DNA of 64,000 nucleotides from Candidatus Woesearchaeota archaeon (GTDB lineage Archaea; Nanobdellota; Nanobdellia; Woesearchaeales; UBA11576), in the NCBI GenBank assembly GCA_043819495.1, contig JBDRET010000024.1, positions 7,177-71,176 of the forward strand, read 5' to 3'. How positions within the stretch are numbered: the first letter of the stretch is position 1; each line of letters begins with the position of its first letter. Of the stretch, positions 18,797 through 28,195 are shown piece by piece. The notes under the pieces were generated by a model that had not been told where the DNA came from, ran no database searches, and was given only the letters and a program-made list of their open reading frames with translations. Made by a program: the position numbers and the translations under genes.

Positions 18797-18873
18797 TGCA
18801 TAGAGGAGTAGAGAGGGTTTTTTAAGGGTTGCGGCAGAGTAATATTTAAAAAGCAGAGGATATATAGCATCAT

Positions 18874-19302
18874 ATGCAAATAAAGTCCAAATCAATATTC
18901 ATCATTGTTTTAACATTGCTGCTGATTCTTATTATGGGTTGCAGCGTACCTGTGTGGAAATTAGAGTCAAAGCAGACAAGAAAGGTCTTGAATATCTATG
19001 TGGACGGCGGCTCAGGGGACGATGTCGGAGCCATACTCATATCAAAGATACGTATTGATTCCGGAAAGATAAACCTGACTATACTCGCTGAAGACCCACA
19101 GAACGACGTGCTCAAAGATGCGCTCAATGATATTGAATCCAAGGGCAACTTGTCTCTGACAGCAGAGAACATGGAAGGCGGCAATCTGGTGATGTTTGCG
19201 AAGCCTGTTGCTCCAGATGACCCTAATTATATATATGCTGTCAGCGAATCGCTCAGGATCGATTACGGTATCAGATCAGTGGTCGGAAAGGAAACTATTT
19301 AA
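18874..19302 (+). CDS. Small secreted protein / putative lipoprotein
   Basis: Signal peptide with a lipobox-like 'LILIMGC' sequence. Confidence 0.4.
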   Translation: MQIKSKSIFIIVLTLLLILIMGCSVPVWKLESKQTRKVLNIYVDGGSGDDVGAILISKIRIDSGKINLTILAEDPQNDVLKDALNDIESKGNLSLTAENMEGGNLVMFAKPVAPDDPNYIYAVSESLRIDYGIRSVVGKETI

Positions 19303-19355
19303 ACACTAAAAGCGGAGTGTCTTAGAGTTTCATAATATATCAAAAGAGGCACGAT

Positions 19356-21218
19356 ATGTCAAGATACGCAGGCATAACTATCATTCTTGTATTTCTGCTC
19401 TGTTTAAGTTCTGTATCTTTGACTGCTCTTGCACCAATACCTGATGTCGGACCGAGCGGATGCGTGCCTGCACCAGGGATGCCGTGCGGTTCGACAAGCG
19501 GAAGCAGCGGAACAAAGACAACAACCCAGCAGGCGACGCAGACAAAAACAACAACACCGCAGACTGGCGGATATACTGCAACAAAGCCGGATGAAGGAGA
19601 GAGGACAACCGATACAGGAATACCGCAGCATGTCGAGATAGCCATCAAGAATTATAAGAATCCTGGATGGGGAATTGTATACGATGTCTACACAGGAGAA
19701 CTTCCAGATGATCAAGCATGCCCTCCTGTCGATATAATGGATTGTTATAACCAATGCGGTGATCGTAAATATGGTGATTGTTTAGATCCCTGCGAGGAAT
19801 GGTATGAGCCTTTAGCAAAACAGTGGCAAGAGTGCTATGCTGCTTGGAACGCCAGACACAACCAGTTGATGGAAGCATATCTTATGCAAGAAAATCAGGG
19901 CTATGTGTGCTATGGGGATGATTGCTCTGATGAAGAAGAGATTGATGTTCCAGACGATCTAAAAGACTCTGTCTCAGATAACAAACGTGGCGCGTCATCT
20001 CCCATGGCTCAGCTTGTAGCGCAAATAATACTGCTGACAGATGAAGCAATGACTCCGGGGCAGACAAGAGACTTCACAGCACTTCTTGATCTGCTGAACA
20101 AGGCAGCGACCTCAAAGACAATGAGTGATGCAGAGCTTGAACATTTCATAGGTTCTCTGCAGAAATACCTTGCAGGAAGGATACCTTTTGTTACGGGTAC
20201 TGAAGATTACACTGCACTGACTTCTGCGATGGTCTCGCTTGGCGTGGCAATAGATGAGGCCAAAGCAAGAGGCAATACGCAACTTGTCAACAGGCTGCAG
20301 TCAGACTTTGAAAAAGCAGTGAATGACGTCATAATCACGATAGAAAAAAACAAGCTGGAGAAGGGCAGTCAACTTACAAAAGAACAGATAGGATGGGCCG
20401 ACAATGTGATAGATGGCATGACTCAGGGAGCGAAACAGATGAGGAACCTTGGCCAGAATGCCAATGCCGACAAGGCCCAGAAGCTGGCAAGTGATCTCAA
20501 AGGGGCTTTAGATACATCAGTCGGTAATGTGATGGATACCACAGAAGTGCAGCTTGATCTTGATGACTCAAAACAAAGGACAATCATAGAAGAGATGGAA
20601 CGCAAGCAGTCAAAACCGAGCGTGAACAAGAAGTACATAAACCAGAAACTCGATGAGGCCCGCGTAAGGGTGCAGGAGATGCTCGAAGCAAATTACAGGA
20701 AAACGATGACACTCGAGGAGTTTGAAGCAAAGAATGCTGATTACCAGGCAAGCAGGGATGCAGCAGTGAACATATTCAAGGAGGTCCTGAGCCAGGACAA
20801 AGGTAACACAGAAGCCAATTTTGCGCTTGGGACAATATACAGGAAAGAAAACAGGAAAGAAGACGCAAAAGAACTATATGAACGCGCAATACTGGGAGCA
20901 AGCCCTCAAGACAGGCAAATACTGATCAATGGAATGAAAGATCCTGAACTTACAGCACGGGTCCTGGAAGGAGCAGGATTGGCACAACTCCCAAATAAGG
21001 GCAAAGTCATGAATCACGTAAGGACTGATACAATAAATGAGAATGCCTATGCAGACAAAGCAAAAGAGGAACTGGCATACTTCACCACAAAGATAAGCAA
21101 AGGCCTTGCTATACTTGGAGACAATCCTTTCAGTAATGCCTATGGCACAGTCAAAGGACTGTTTGTAGAGCAGAGAGATAACGCGAATGTAAATGAGGTA
21201 GCGTATGGCACGCCATAA
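19356..21218 (+). CDS. Large secreted protein: signal peptide, Thr/Gln-rich linker, Cys-rich module, then a long helical/TPR-like region
   Basis: Signal peptide 'ITIILVFLLCLSSVSLTALA', then 'TKTTTQQATQTKTTTPQTGGYTATKP', then 10 Cys in ~120 aa, then a TPR-like 'NFALGTIYRKENRKEDAKELYERAILG'. Confidence 0.5.
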   Translation: MSRYAGITIILVFLLCLSSVSLTALAPIPDVGPSGCVPAPGMPCGSTSGSSGTKTTTQQATQTKTTTPQTGGYTATKPDEGERTTDTGIPQHVEIAIKNYKNPGWGIVYDVYTGELPDDQACPPVDIMDCYNQCGDRKYGDCLDPCEEWYEPLAKQWQECYAAWNARHNQLMEAYLMQENQGYVCYGDDCSDEEEIDVPDDLKDSVSDNKRGASSPMAQLVAQIILLTDEAMTPGQTRDFTALLDLLNKAATSKTMSDAELEHFIGSLQKYLAGRIPFVTGTEDYTALTSAMVSLGVAIDEAKARGNTQLVNRLQSDFEKAVNDVIITIEKNKLEKGSQLTKEQIGWADNVIDGMTQGAKQMRNLGQNANADKAQKLASDLKGALDTSVGNVMDTTEVQLDLDDSKQRTIIEEMERKQSKPSVNKKYINQKLDEARVRVQEMLEANYRKTMTLEEFEAKNADYQASRDAAVNIFKEVLSQDKGNTEANFALGTIYRKENRKEDAKELYERAILGASPQDRQILINGMKDPELTARVLEGAGLAQLPNKGKVMNHVRTDTINENAYADKAKEELAYFTTKISKGLAILGDNPFSNAYGTVKGLFVEQRDNANVNEVAYGTP

Positions 21219-21726
21219 AACTGAATCGCACAAGCAGGAACAGCATAAGCAGGAATTGCATAAGAAGGAACAGCATAAGCAGGAATCGCATGAGCAGGAA
21301 ATTGCTCCTGAGAAGCCCAAGCGCAAGATACATTTGGGGTTGCTCATATTAGGGCTATTTATCATATTCGTAGGGTGCACAATCATCGGTTATTTCGGTG
21401 GAACAGTCAAACTAGGCACATGCCAGAACGAGATTTGCTTCATCAATGCATCAGACCAGTGCCTGGTGGCAGACCTCAGATTGCAGGAAGACTTTGGCAT
21501 AGTGAAATATCACTCAGAAAACTGCACATTCCAGAAGACCATAGAACAGGTGACAGACCCTGATTCACAGGACCTGAAGCCTGTGCTTGAAGGCAAGACC
21601 ATGAACTGCACATATGAGAAAGACGATTTTGACGCGCAATGGGTATACTCACTCACTTCAGGAATTGAGAAGTGCGAGGGGGAACTCGTGACAACTATCG
21701 CGCAGCTGATTCTTCTAGCTGAATAG
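21205..21726 (+). CDS. Membrane-anchored Cys-containing extracytoplasmic protein with N-terminal HKQE repeats
   Basis: N-terminal tandem 'QHKQE(L/S)HK' repeats (15-nt DNA repeats at ~21225-21300), then a TM helix, then a Cys-rich domain. It overlaps the upstream gene by 14 nt. Confidence 0.5.
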   Translation: MARHKTESHKQEQHKQELHKKEQHKQESHEQEIAPEKPKRKIHLGLLILGLFIIFVGCTIIGYFGGTVKLGTCQNEICFINASDQCLVADLRLQEDFGIVKYHSENCTFQKTIEQVTDPDSQDLKPVLEGKTMNCTYEKDDFDAQWVYSLTSGIEKCEGELVTTIAQLILLAE

Positions 21727-21867
21727 GGGTAAAGTAAGTTAATGGTGTTAAGTGGGATGCAGCGCTCGCACAGCTTCTTTAATCGCTTCTATCTGCCCAA
21801 CTGCAATACTTACCGCTTATGTCCCCACAGCTCGCTAGGCGGCATCCCACTTAATCTTATTTTACCC
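21727..21867 (+). repeat. Hairpin element family 1, copy B (141 nt), flanked by 9-bp direct repeats
   Basis: Long imperfect terminal IR 'gggtaaagtaagttaa..ttaagtgggatgc / gcatcccacttaatcttattttaccc'. Core 'agcgctcgc ... aactgca ... cagctcgctaggcgg'. Direct repeat 'ctgaatagg' at 21719-21727 and 21867-21875. Confidence 0.6.
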
Positions 21868-21912
21868 TGAATAGGCAAAATATAAAAACCACAAGTCTTG
21901 TGCTTGTCTTTT

Positions 21913-22416
21913 ATGAAATCACTTGATGTAATAACCAAACTACGTGAACTGCAAAAGTTCAAGGAATGGAAGGAGAAGAATAAAGAATCGAATCTTGTCC
22001 ATCTGTTCATAATGATTGAACCAGGGAAGGATATCAAGTATGACATCGGTTTCTTTGATCTGAAGAAAAGTCTTATGACATCATTCCTTGTTGATGATAC
22101 AGTGAAAGACGCAGAAGTGACGGAGACCAAGGAAATATTCACGCAAGACAACCAGAAGATAACTCCACTTGAGCTGGAGAAGGTGAAGATAGGATTCGAG
22201 GAGGCTTTTGAGACTTCACGTACTCTGCAGAAAGAGAAGTACAGGCAGCACGAACCGCTCAAAAAGATAGTGATACTGCAGAATCTTCCAGATGGACAGG
22301 TCTGGAACATAACTTACATCACACAGACATTCCAGACACTGAACATGAAGATTGATGCAGAGACAGGACTTGTCGTCGAGGATTCACTGCACCAGATAAT
22401 CAGCTTCGATAAGTGA
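21913..22416 (+). CDS. Hypothetical protein
   Basis: Open frame with plausible composition. No recognisable motifs. Confidence 0.4.
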   Translation: MKSLDVITKLRELQKFKEWKEKNKESNLVHLFIMIEPGKDIKYDIGFFDLKKSLMTSFLVDDTVKDAEVTETKEIFTQDNQKITPLELEKVKIGFEEAFETSRTLQKEKYRQHEPLKKIVILQNLPDGQVWNITYITQTFQTLNMKIDAETGLVVEDSLHQIISFDK

Positions 22417-22949
22417 TCATTTTAAGATGTCACTGGCTTCATGTAAAGCAAAAACTTCTTCTTATTTTTTTACAAAATTCAAAACCATCATGCAGTGGTG
22501 CAATTCAGTTTCACTGAGTAATGATGTCGAACTGCAGACTATATGTTATTAACGATACTTTTCATCCTAGCTTAATTTAAATACCTGAATATCTTTTACG
22601 AAACATATCCGGTTCTGAATTCTTCATGATTTCAGGACCACCCCAACTTAAAGGCTTCGCTGGGAGAAAAAGAGCCTAAAAAAAGGAGGTTGGAAATTGG
22701 TTCCACAGAGTAACATAAGCTATAAAGATCAACAGAAATGCAAGACTCTTTTTGACTGCGTCGACATGAACTGCGTTGAAGTGGAAACTGAAAACGAAGA
22801 AGAATAAGTGATTACAGTGATATCATCCTTCTGAATCTTTTACCCAGCGGACTTTTTTATTCTCTTCCAACAGAGATTTTAGAATAACTTTCTTAGAAAG
22901 TGGAGAATTCAGATAGTCTGTTTTAACCTATACTCTCTGATCCTGATAT

Positions 22950-23834
22950 TCACTGTATAGGATAATTGAATTTTTGACCATCAGATAGCTTCCCTTCTTT
23001 GAACATCTCTAAGACCTTAAGTGCTGCAGAGACAGTATCCTCATGGCTTGTGGGCCTGTCAGTATTCACATACACGATCATTGACCCGTAAGAGTTTAGT
23101 AATGCCTTCAGCCACTCTGACCTGTACTTACCTTCAATCCTGCGCTGGAACTCAGGGACCTCAAATTTGCATTGGTCATCTTTGACCCTTTGAGCTTTCC
23201 GCTCCATAGCAGTATCTGCACTAAGATCGCATATCACGTAAAGATGAGGTGAATTCTCTGCAGCATAACTATTCCCTTGCATCCTCATTATATCATCAAC
23301 ACTGAGAGGATTGTCCATGGATGATTGGTATACTACGCTTGAGCAGAAGTTCCTTTCACAGTACACATCGATACCATCAAGTATTGCAGGCCTTATCAGC
23401 TTGGATATCAGTTCATGCCTATCCTCTGCATATGCTTCAGCAGCATCTTTTGCAGTATAACCAATGCCCTTCACTTCATGTATTATTTTTTTTCTTATCT
23501 TGAGCCCTATCCTGGCCCAGGTGGGTTCGCATACAAATAGTGTCTTGAGAGGCGCCCCGTTCTCATGCAGGTATCGCTCCTTGAGCATATTGTAATCAGG
23601 AATGATATCATCTGTGCCGTATATATCGTATAGTGAATTTCCTACTTCTGCAGGTATCTTCCCTTCTTCATCAGAAGGCCATAGAAGACGCATATCAAGG
23701 AAGCCATCACCTTCAGCTAAAAGCTTCTTCTTTATCGCATTTATTATGGAGCCTTTTCCGCCGCAGTCAATAGACTCTGCGACAAGGTATAATCCTGAAT
23801 CTTTCGAGTATCTTGAAATAGCCAGCATGATCAC
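22950..23834 (-). CDS. Thymidylate kinase-like P-loop kinase (long form, 294 aa)
   Basis: P-loop 'ESIDCGGKGS', 'FVCEPTWARIGLKIRKKI' (Tmk 'EPggt..g..iR'), and 'ERNFCSSVVYQSS' (Tmk DRY..S..AYQ). Confidence 0.5.
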   Translation of the reverse strand: MIMLAISRYSKDSGLYLVAESIDCGGKGSIINAIKKKLLAEGDGFLDMRLLWPSDEEGKIPAEVGNSLYDIYGTDDIIPDYNMLKERYLHENGAPLKTLFVCEPTWARIGLKIRKKIIHEVKGIGYTAKDAAEAYAEDRHELISKLIRPAILDGIDVYCERNFCSSVVYQSSMDNPLSVDDIMRMQGNSYAAENSPHLYVICDLSADTAMERKAQRVKDDQCKFEVPEFQRRIEGKYRSEWLKALLNSYGSMIVYVNTDRPTSHEDTVSAALKVLEMFKEGKLSDGQKFNYPIQ

Positions 23835-24034
23835 CGATTTATACTGTGATTCCCCTAATTCTCACCTCTCGTTCAAGGCGTATATAAACCTTTTCTTGAG
23901 ATATTTTCATGCTGGTTTTATGTCTTTTAAGTCAAACAAAAATCTTAAATATGCTCTAGAATCCGGTTGCTATACAGTTAGGGTAAGCATAGTGTATTAG
24001 GACATCGTGTTCATATGATGTCCAGATAAAAACG

Positions 24035-25801
24035 GTGCGATACAAGGGGTGTGACAGTTTGACAGAAGATATAGTGAACGATATTCTAGATTCAGAGGGA
24101 AATCTCAAACCGGGATTCAGTGGTATAGGTAAGCTAAGAGGCAAGACAGATTATACAAAAGATGAGGAGACAGTACTAAAGCATTTCTTCACCAATACGC
24201 ACTCAAATGTGTACTGCGCTACAGATAACATGCCAGGAGAGCTATGGGCATTGATAATGGGCCAGTATGCACGGAGCAGCATGACCGGAAGAGATAGGCT
24301 GCTCAAGCTGTTCACTGACATGGAAGAGAAAGGTGAAGCGATATCAGTATCCGAGCTAGCAGAGATGATACGATCTGGACGCGATGTCGCAGGAGCACTT
24401 CAAGCATACCTCAATAAAGCAGGGAATTTCATCGAGATATATGGTGTGAAGTACGGCCATGCATCACTACGAGATTCAGGTGTAATCAGAATATGTTTCG
24501 AAGGGGTGAGCCAGAGAGCCACCAAGTTCCTTGAGAGCGCCAGAGAGGGGGCATATCAGGAACAGTCTACCCGTGCCATCCCTTATGAGATGGAGAATCT
24601 TGGCGTCCCATATGAGATCCGTGACACCAAGTATGAGATCATCATACATGAGCTGGATGAGAAGCTCATCGAACTATACAATAAGATATACAATAAGCTG
24701 ATAGTATACCTGCCTAGTAAGTTTGCTCATCTCAGGGCCAAGGCCGATGAGAAGCTGGCTTCTGAGCTTGGCCGTGATGACGTGACGATAACTGACAGGG
24801 AGTGGAGCAGTATCATAGCTGCAAAGGCATTCGATGTCGCGAGATACCTGCTGCCTCAGAACATGACAACATCTTTAGGCATCACATTGAACACCCGAAG
24901 GTTCCAGGACAAGCTCACTGAATGGCAGTCCTCAGACATCATGGAGATGCAGGTGCTTGGAAAGGTGGCTCAGGTCGAGTCCATGAAGATAAGCCCTACG
25001 CTCATGAAGTACGGCAACAAGAGCCCGTATCATGTGAAGATACCTTCTGCACTTAAGGCGCTCAATAAGAAATTTGTAGTCAACAACAAGGCCTGTGCAG
25101 CTTTCCCTTACACACATTATGATGTCAGCTCAAAGATGATATCTGCCCCTGACGACCTGCAGGAACTGGTCCTTGCAAGCATACTGCTCAATGGTTCAGA
25201 TGGCAGTGTGAGCATGGATGAATTCAAGCAGATTGTAGGGAACATGTCATTTGATGAGAAACGTGAGGTCGCTGAGAGCGTAGCGTCAGATAAACCGTCT
25301 CATGACATATTCTCCAAGACGATGGAATGCGGATCAGTCATCTTTGAGAGAGTCTATGATATAGGTGCATTCAGGGACCTTCAGAGACAGAGAGGGGATA
25401 GGCAGCAATTCAACAGATATTCAGTCATAGGTTACAACATGCCTAAAGAGGTCGCAGAGATCGGTTTAAAGGCTGAGTTTGTCACTCTTATGAATGAAGT
25501 CAAGAATGTATATGATATGATGTGTGAAGAGGGTATCGCTGCGGCAGAGTATGTGCCTGTGATGGCAAATGTCCTGCGACACGTCGTCACAAAAGATCCT
25601 GTCCAGTGTTTCTATGAGGCGAAACTTAGAGCGCAGCCTGCAGGCATCGATTCTTACAGATCAATAGCTCAGCAGGAGATAACCCAACTTCTTGATGTGA
25701 TGCCTGTCTTCAAAGGTCTGGTACCCTACGATGCAGAATATTATAATCTTGGCAGGCTCGAAGAGACAGTCAATGGCAAGCTGAGGAAGCATAAGAAATA
25801 A
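24035..25801 (+). CDS. ThyX-like (flavin-dependent thymidylate synthase family) protein, tandem duplication of the ThyX domain with non-canonical RHR motifs
   Basis: First domain: 'GHASLRDSGVIRICFEG...FLESAREGAYQEQSTRA' aligns to ThyX 'GHETPFEHIVFTFHV...WFRHRIASYNELSGRY', and 'ARYLLPQNMTTSLGITLNTRRFQDKL' matches ThyX 'ARxvLPxNxxTxxxxTxNxRxLxxFL'. Second domain: 'AFRDLQRQRGDRQQFNRYS' and 'YVPVMANVLRHVVTKDPVQCFYEAKLR'. Confidence 0.45.
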   Translation: MRYKGCDSLTEDIVNDILDSEGNLKPGFSGIGKLRGKTDYTKDEETVLKHFFTNTHSNVYCATDNMPGELWALIMGQYARSSMTGRDRLLKLFTDMEEKGEAISVSELAEMIRSGRDVAGALQAYLNKAGNFIEIYGVKYGHASLRDSGVIRICFEGVSQRATKFLESAREGAYQEQSTRAIPYEMENLGVPYEIRDTKYEIIIHELDEKLIELYNKIYNKLIVYLPSKFAHLRAKADEKLASELGRDDVTITDREWSSIIAAKAFDVARYLLPQNMTTSLGITLNTRRFQDKLTEWQSSDIMEMQVLGKVAQVESMKISPTLMKYGNKSPYHVKIPSALKALNKKFVVNNKACAAFPYTHYDVSSKMISAPDDLQELVLASILLNGSDGSVSMDEFKQIVGNMSFDEKREVAESVASDKPSHDIFSKTMECGSVIFERVYDIGAFRDLQRQRGDRQQFNRYSVIGYNMPKEVAEIGLKAEFVTLMNEVKNVYDMMCEEGIAAAEYVPVMANVLRHVVTKDPVQCFYEAKLRAQPAGIDSYRSIAQQEITQLLDVMPVFKGLVPYDAEYYNLGRLEETVNGKLRKHKK

Positions 25802-25811
25802 TATTTTTATC

Positions 25812-26044
25812 GTATTTGTTTAGCCCTATACTCTTTGGCAGTGCCGCGCTGCTATGTATGCGTACCGGGAATAATGCGCAATCAGTCTTGCAGTGGCTAA
25901 AGCCAATCAGTCATCAATATGGCTACGCCCCGGTCTTCGTATCTTGACTCTACCGACGCTAAGCAGCGCCACACTACGTGCGGCTGGTCTTCGAGCATAG
26001 CTCAAAGGAGCGGCGGCACTGCCAGAAATAGCTAAACAAATACT
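25812..26044 (+). repeat. GC-rich 233-bp element bounded by 13-bp perfect inverted repeats (gtatttgtttagc / gctaaacaaatac) with extended imperfect inner IRs; candidate structured ncRNA or MITE
   Basis: Inner IR 'ctttggcagtgccgc' / 'gcggcactgccag'. The interior is GC-rich in an AT-rich genome and carries direct 'ggtcttcg' repeats. The right end's 20-mer 'agaaatagctaaacaaatac' recurs at 2799-2818. Confidence 0.5.
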
Positions 26045-26075
26045 TGTTATCTATTTTTTCTTCAGATATATATTA

Positions 26076-26891
26076 TCAACTGAGCGCTAATCTGGTCCTC
26101 ACATTTTTCTGTATCTGGTCTTTTCTCAGCCACCATACCCCCAGATAAGCGAATGGAGTGTCAAGCAGGGCGCAGAATATCTTGAATATCCAGAACGGAA
26201 CGATAAGAGATATGACAAATATTGCGTCCCACATAGGGGCGGTCTTGTAAAATGCCACAAACATGAACACTACACTGTCAATCAGTTGGCTCACTACCGT
26301 CGATGCGTTGTTACGCAGCCATAAGTGCTTACCTTCTGTCTTTCGTTTCCAGAACTCGAATGCCCACAGGTCATGCACCTGGGCGATGACAAATGCGAGT
26401 ATGCTTGCGATCGTCATGCGGATGGTCGCCTTGAATATCATAGAGAAACTGTTGTTGTCTATCGATCGTTCAGAAGCAGGGACTGCTATTGCGATAGATG
26501 TTATGACTATCATCAGAAGAAGCGCTATCACCCCTGTGGTGATGAACTCCATCACTTTCTTTTTCCCATGCACCTCAGCGATAATGTCAGTTATCAGGAA
26601 CATCAGAGGGACTGTGAGGATGCCTACAGAGACACTTATAGTATTGAAGAAGCCTAGTGATATCTCCCGTCCACCCATGGTGAGGAGGAAAGTCTTGAGA
26701 GCATATATTATCGGGAAGAACAGGATGTTGAGCGGTGTAGAAATGAATGAAGGCAGGTCAAACTGAGTTATCTTGCTGCCCAGCACATTCGCCAATATCA
26801 ATGAAGCGACAAATAGGCCTAATAATATGTTGGTCTTCTCTTTCATGTCAAACCGCATGTATCTAACCCCCGAATCAAGCAGTTTTGACAT
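26076..26891 (-). CDS. YhhQ/DUF165-family queuosine/archaeosine precursor (preQ0) transporter
   Basis: 7-TM protein with 'FLITDIIAEVHGKKK', 'ILANVLGSK' and 'FVIAQVHDLWAFEF', resembling YhhQ/QueT-family motifs. Confidence 0.55.
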   Translation of the reverse strand: MSKLLDSGVRYMRFDMKEKTNILLGLFVASLILANVLGSKITQFDLPSFISTPLNILFFPIIYALKTFLLTMGGREISLGFFNTISVSVGILTVPLMFLITDIIAEVHGKKKVMEFITTGVIALLLMIVITSIAIAVPASERSIDNNSFSMIFKATIRMTIASILAFVIAQVHDLWAFEFWKRKTEGKHLWLRNNASTVVSQLIDSVVFMFVAFYKTAPMWDAIFVISLIVPFWIFKIFCALLDTPFAYLGVWWLRKDQIQKNVRTRLALS

Positions 26892-27010
26892 TGATTATAA
26901 ACATTTCGCTTGGCTATTAAACTGCCATTTAAAAGTCATTTCAAGAATCAGCATTTTAATCCCATCTCGCCGGGTACATATTTAAATAAGGTCTTTTCTC
27001 TTCAGGTATC

Positions 27011-28195
27011 ATGGATGTCCAAATTACATATGATGATGTATTGAAGCACATGAACAGCATGGAGTTCTCAGGCATGAAGCTCGGGATAGAGCGGATACAG
27101 AACGCACTGGCCTTGCTTGGCAACCCTGAGAGACTGCTAAAGATAATACACATAACAGGCACGAATGGAAAAGGCTCTGTGGCAGCCATGCTGTCCACTA
27201 TGCTGAAGAATGCAGGCCATAGCGTGGGGATGTTCACTTCACCACATCTTGTCGATGTCAGGGAAAGGATACAGATAAATGATGTCCTTATCAGCAAAGA
27301 TGCTCTTAAAGAGACATTCCTGGAAGCAAAAGATGTACTGTCTGAACTGACGTTCTTTGAACTGTTCACATTGATGGCAGTGCTTTATTTTGTGAAGAAT
27401 AAAGTTGATTATGCAATATTTGAGGTAGGTCTCGGGGGCACTTACGATGCGACCAATTTCAAGAACTCTTTCATCTCAGTCATAACCAAGATTGCCCTTG
27501 ACCATACTGCAATATTAGGGGATTCTGTGGATCAGATAGCGCAGGACAAGTGCGGCATAATAAAACATGGCCAGAAGGTTGTCACGACGCAAGCTAACGA
27601 GCAGGTCATGGGGGTGATATCATCTGTTGCCAGGAAGAAAGAAGCACAACTCATTGTAGCCCGCAATACCGACAGACCCCTGTCGCTCAATGGACAGTTC
27701 CAAAGAGAGAATGCAGGAGTCGCAATCCAGGTTGCCAAAGAGTTATGCATACCTGATAAGGTAATATCCGATTCATTGCTTTCAGTCAGATGGCCTGGAA
27801 GGGCAGAATTCATAGAAAAGAATGTTCTGCTTGACTGTGCCCATAACCCTTCAGGTGTAGATGCATTGAGACATTATGTCGATACGCTGGACCATCAACG
27901 CATAATAATCGTTTTTGCTGTAAGCAAAAATAAGGACTATATGGAGATGCTTAGCTTGTTACCGAAGCATGATGAGCTCATATTTACACAATCCACAGTG
28001 ACCCGAAGGCTTCCGATAGAGGATATCCCTAAGGGCATATCATGTACGAGAATAAGTGATCCTATCAAGGCGCTTGAGCATGCAAAATCAATATCGAAAG
28101 AGGGAGACCTCATAGTCGTCTGTGGATCGATATTCCTGATAGGCGACATAAAAGCGGCACTAACCGACAAGCTTGTCCATGATATTGTTTCCTAA
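27011..28195 (+). CDS. folC: Folylpolyglutamate synthase / dihydrofolate synthase (Mur-ligase family)
   Basis: 'HITGTNGKGSVAAM' P-loop, 'TSPHL', and 'FEVGLGG' Mur-ligase motifs. Confidence 0.7.
   Translation: MDVQITYDDVLKHMNSMEFSGMKLGIERIQNALALLGNPERLLKIIHITGTNGKGSVAAMLSTMLKNAGHSVGMFTSPHLVDVRERIQINDVLISKDALKETFLEAKDVLSELTFFELFTLMAVLYFVKNKVDYAIFEVGLGGTYDATNFKNSFISVITKIALDHTAILGDSVDQIAQDKCGIIKHGQKVVTTQANEQVMGVISSVARKKEAQLIVARNTDRPLSLNGQFQRENAGVAIQVAKELCIPDKVISDSLLSVRWPGRAEFIEKNVLLDCAHNPSGVDALRHYVDTLDHQRIIIVFAVSKNKDYMEMLSLLPKHDELIFTQSTVTRRLPIEDIPKGISCTRISDPIKALEHAKSISKEGDLIVVCGSIFLIGDIKAALTDKLVHDIVS

Noticed and set aside
21810-22310. 166-aa minus-strand ORF overlapping the 21898-22416 gene and element copy B
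   Set aside because: It spans the family-1 repeat and the promoter region. The plus-strand gene is the more plausible coding frame.
22417-22949. Possible C/D-box sRNA ('cuga...aaugaug' between a tgcagt/actgca stem)
   Set aside because: Only one box pair in the wrong order (D'-C' without terminal C and D boxes). It does not satisfy the C-D'-C'-D architecture.
25812-26044. SRP RNA or RNase P RNA assignment for the GC-rich element
   Set aside because: There is an 'AAGCAGC' segment, but the helix-8 tetraloop context, Alu-domain features and P4/CR motifs could not be found. Left as an unclassified structured element.
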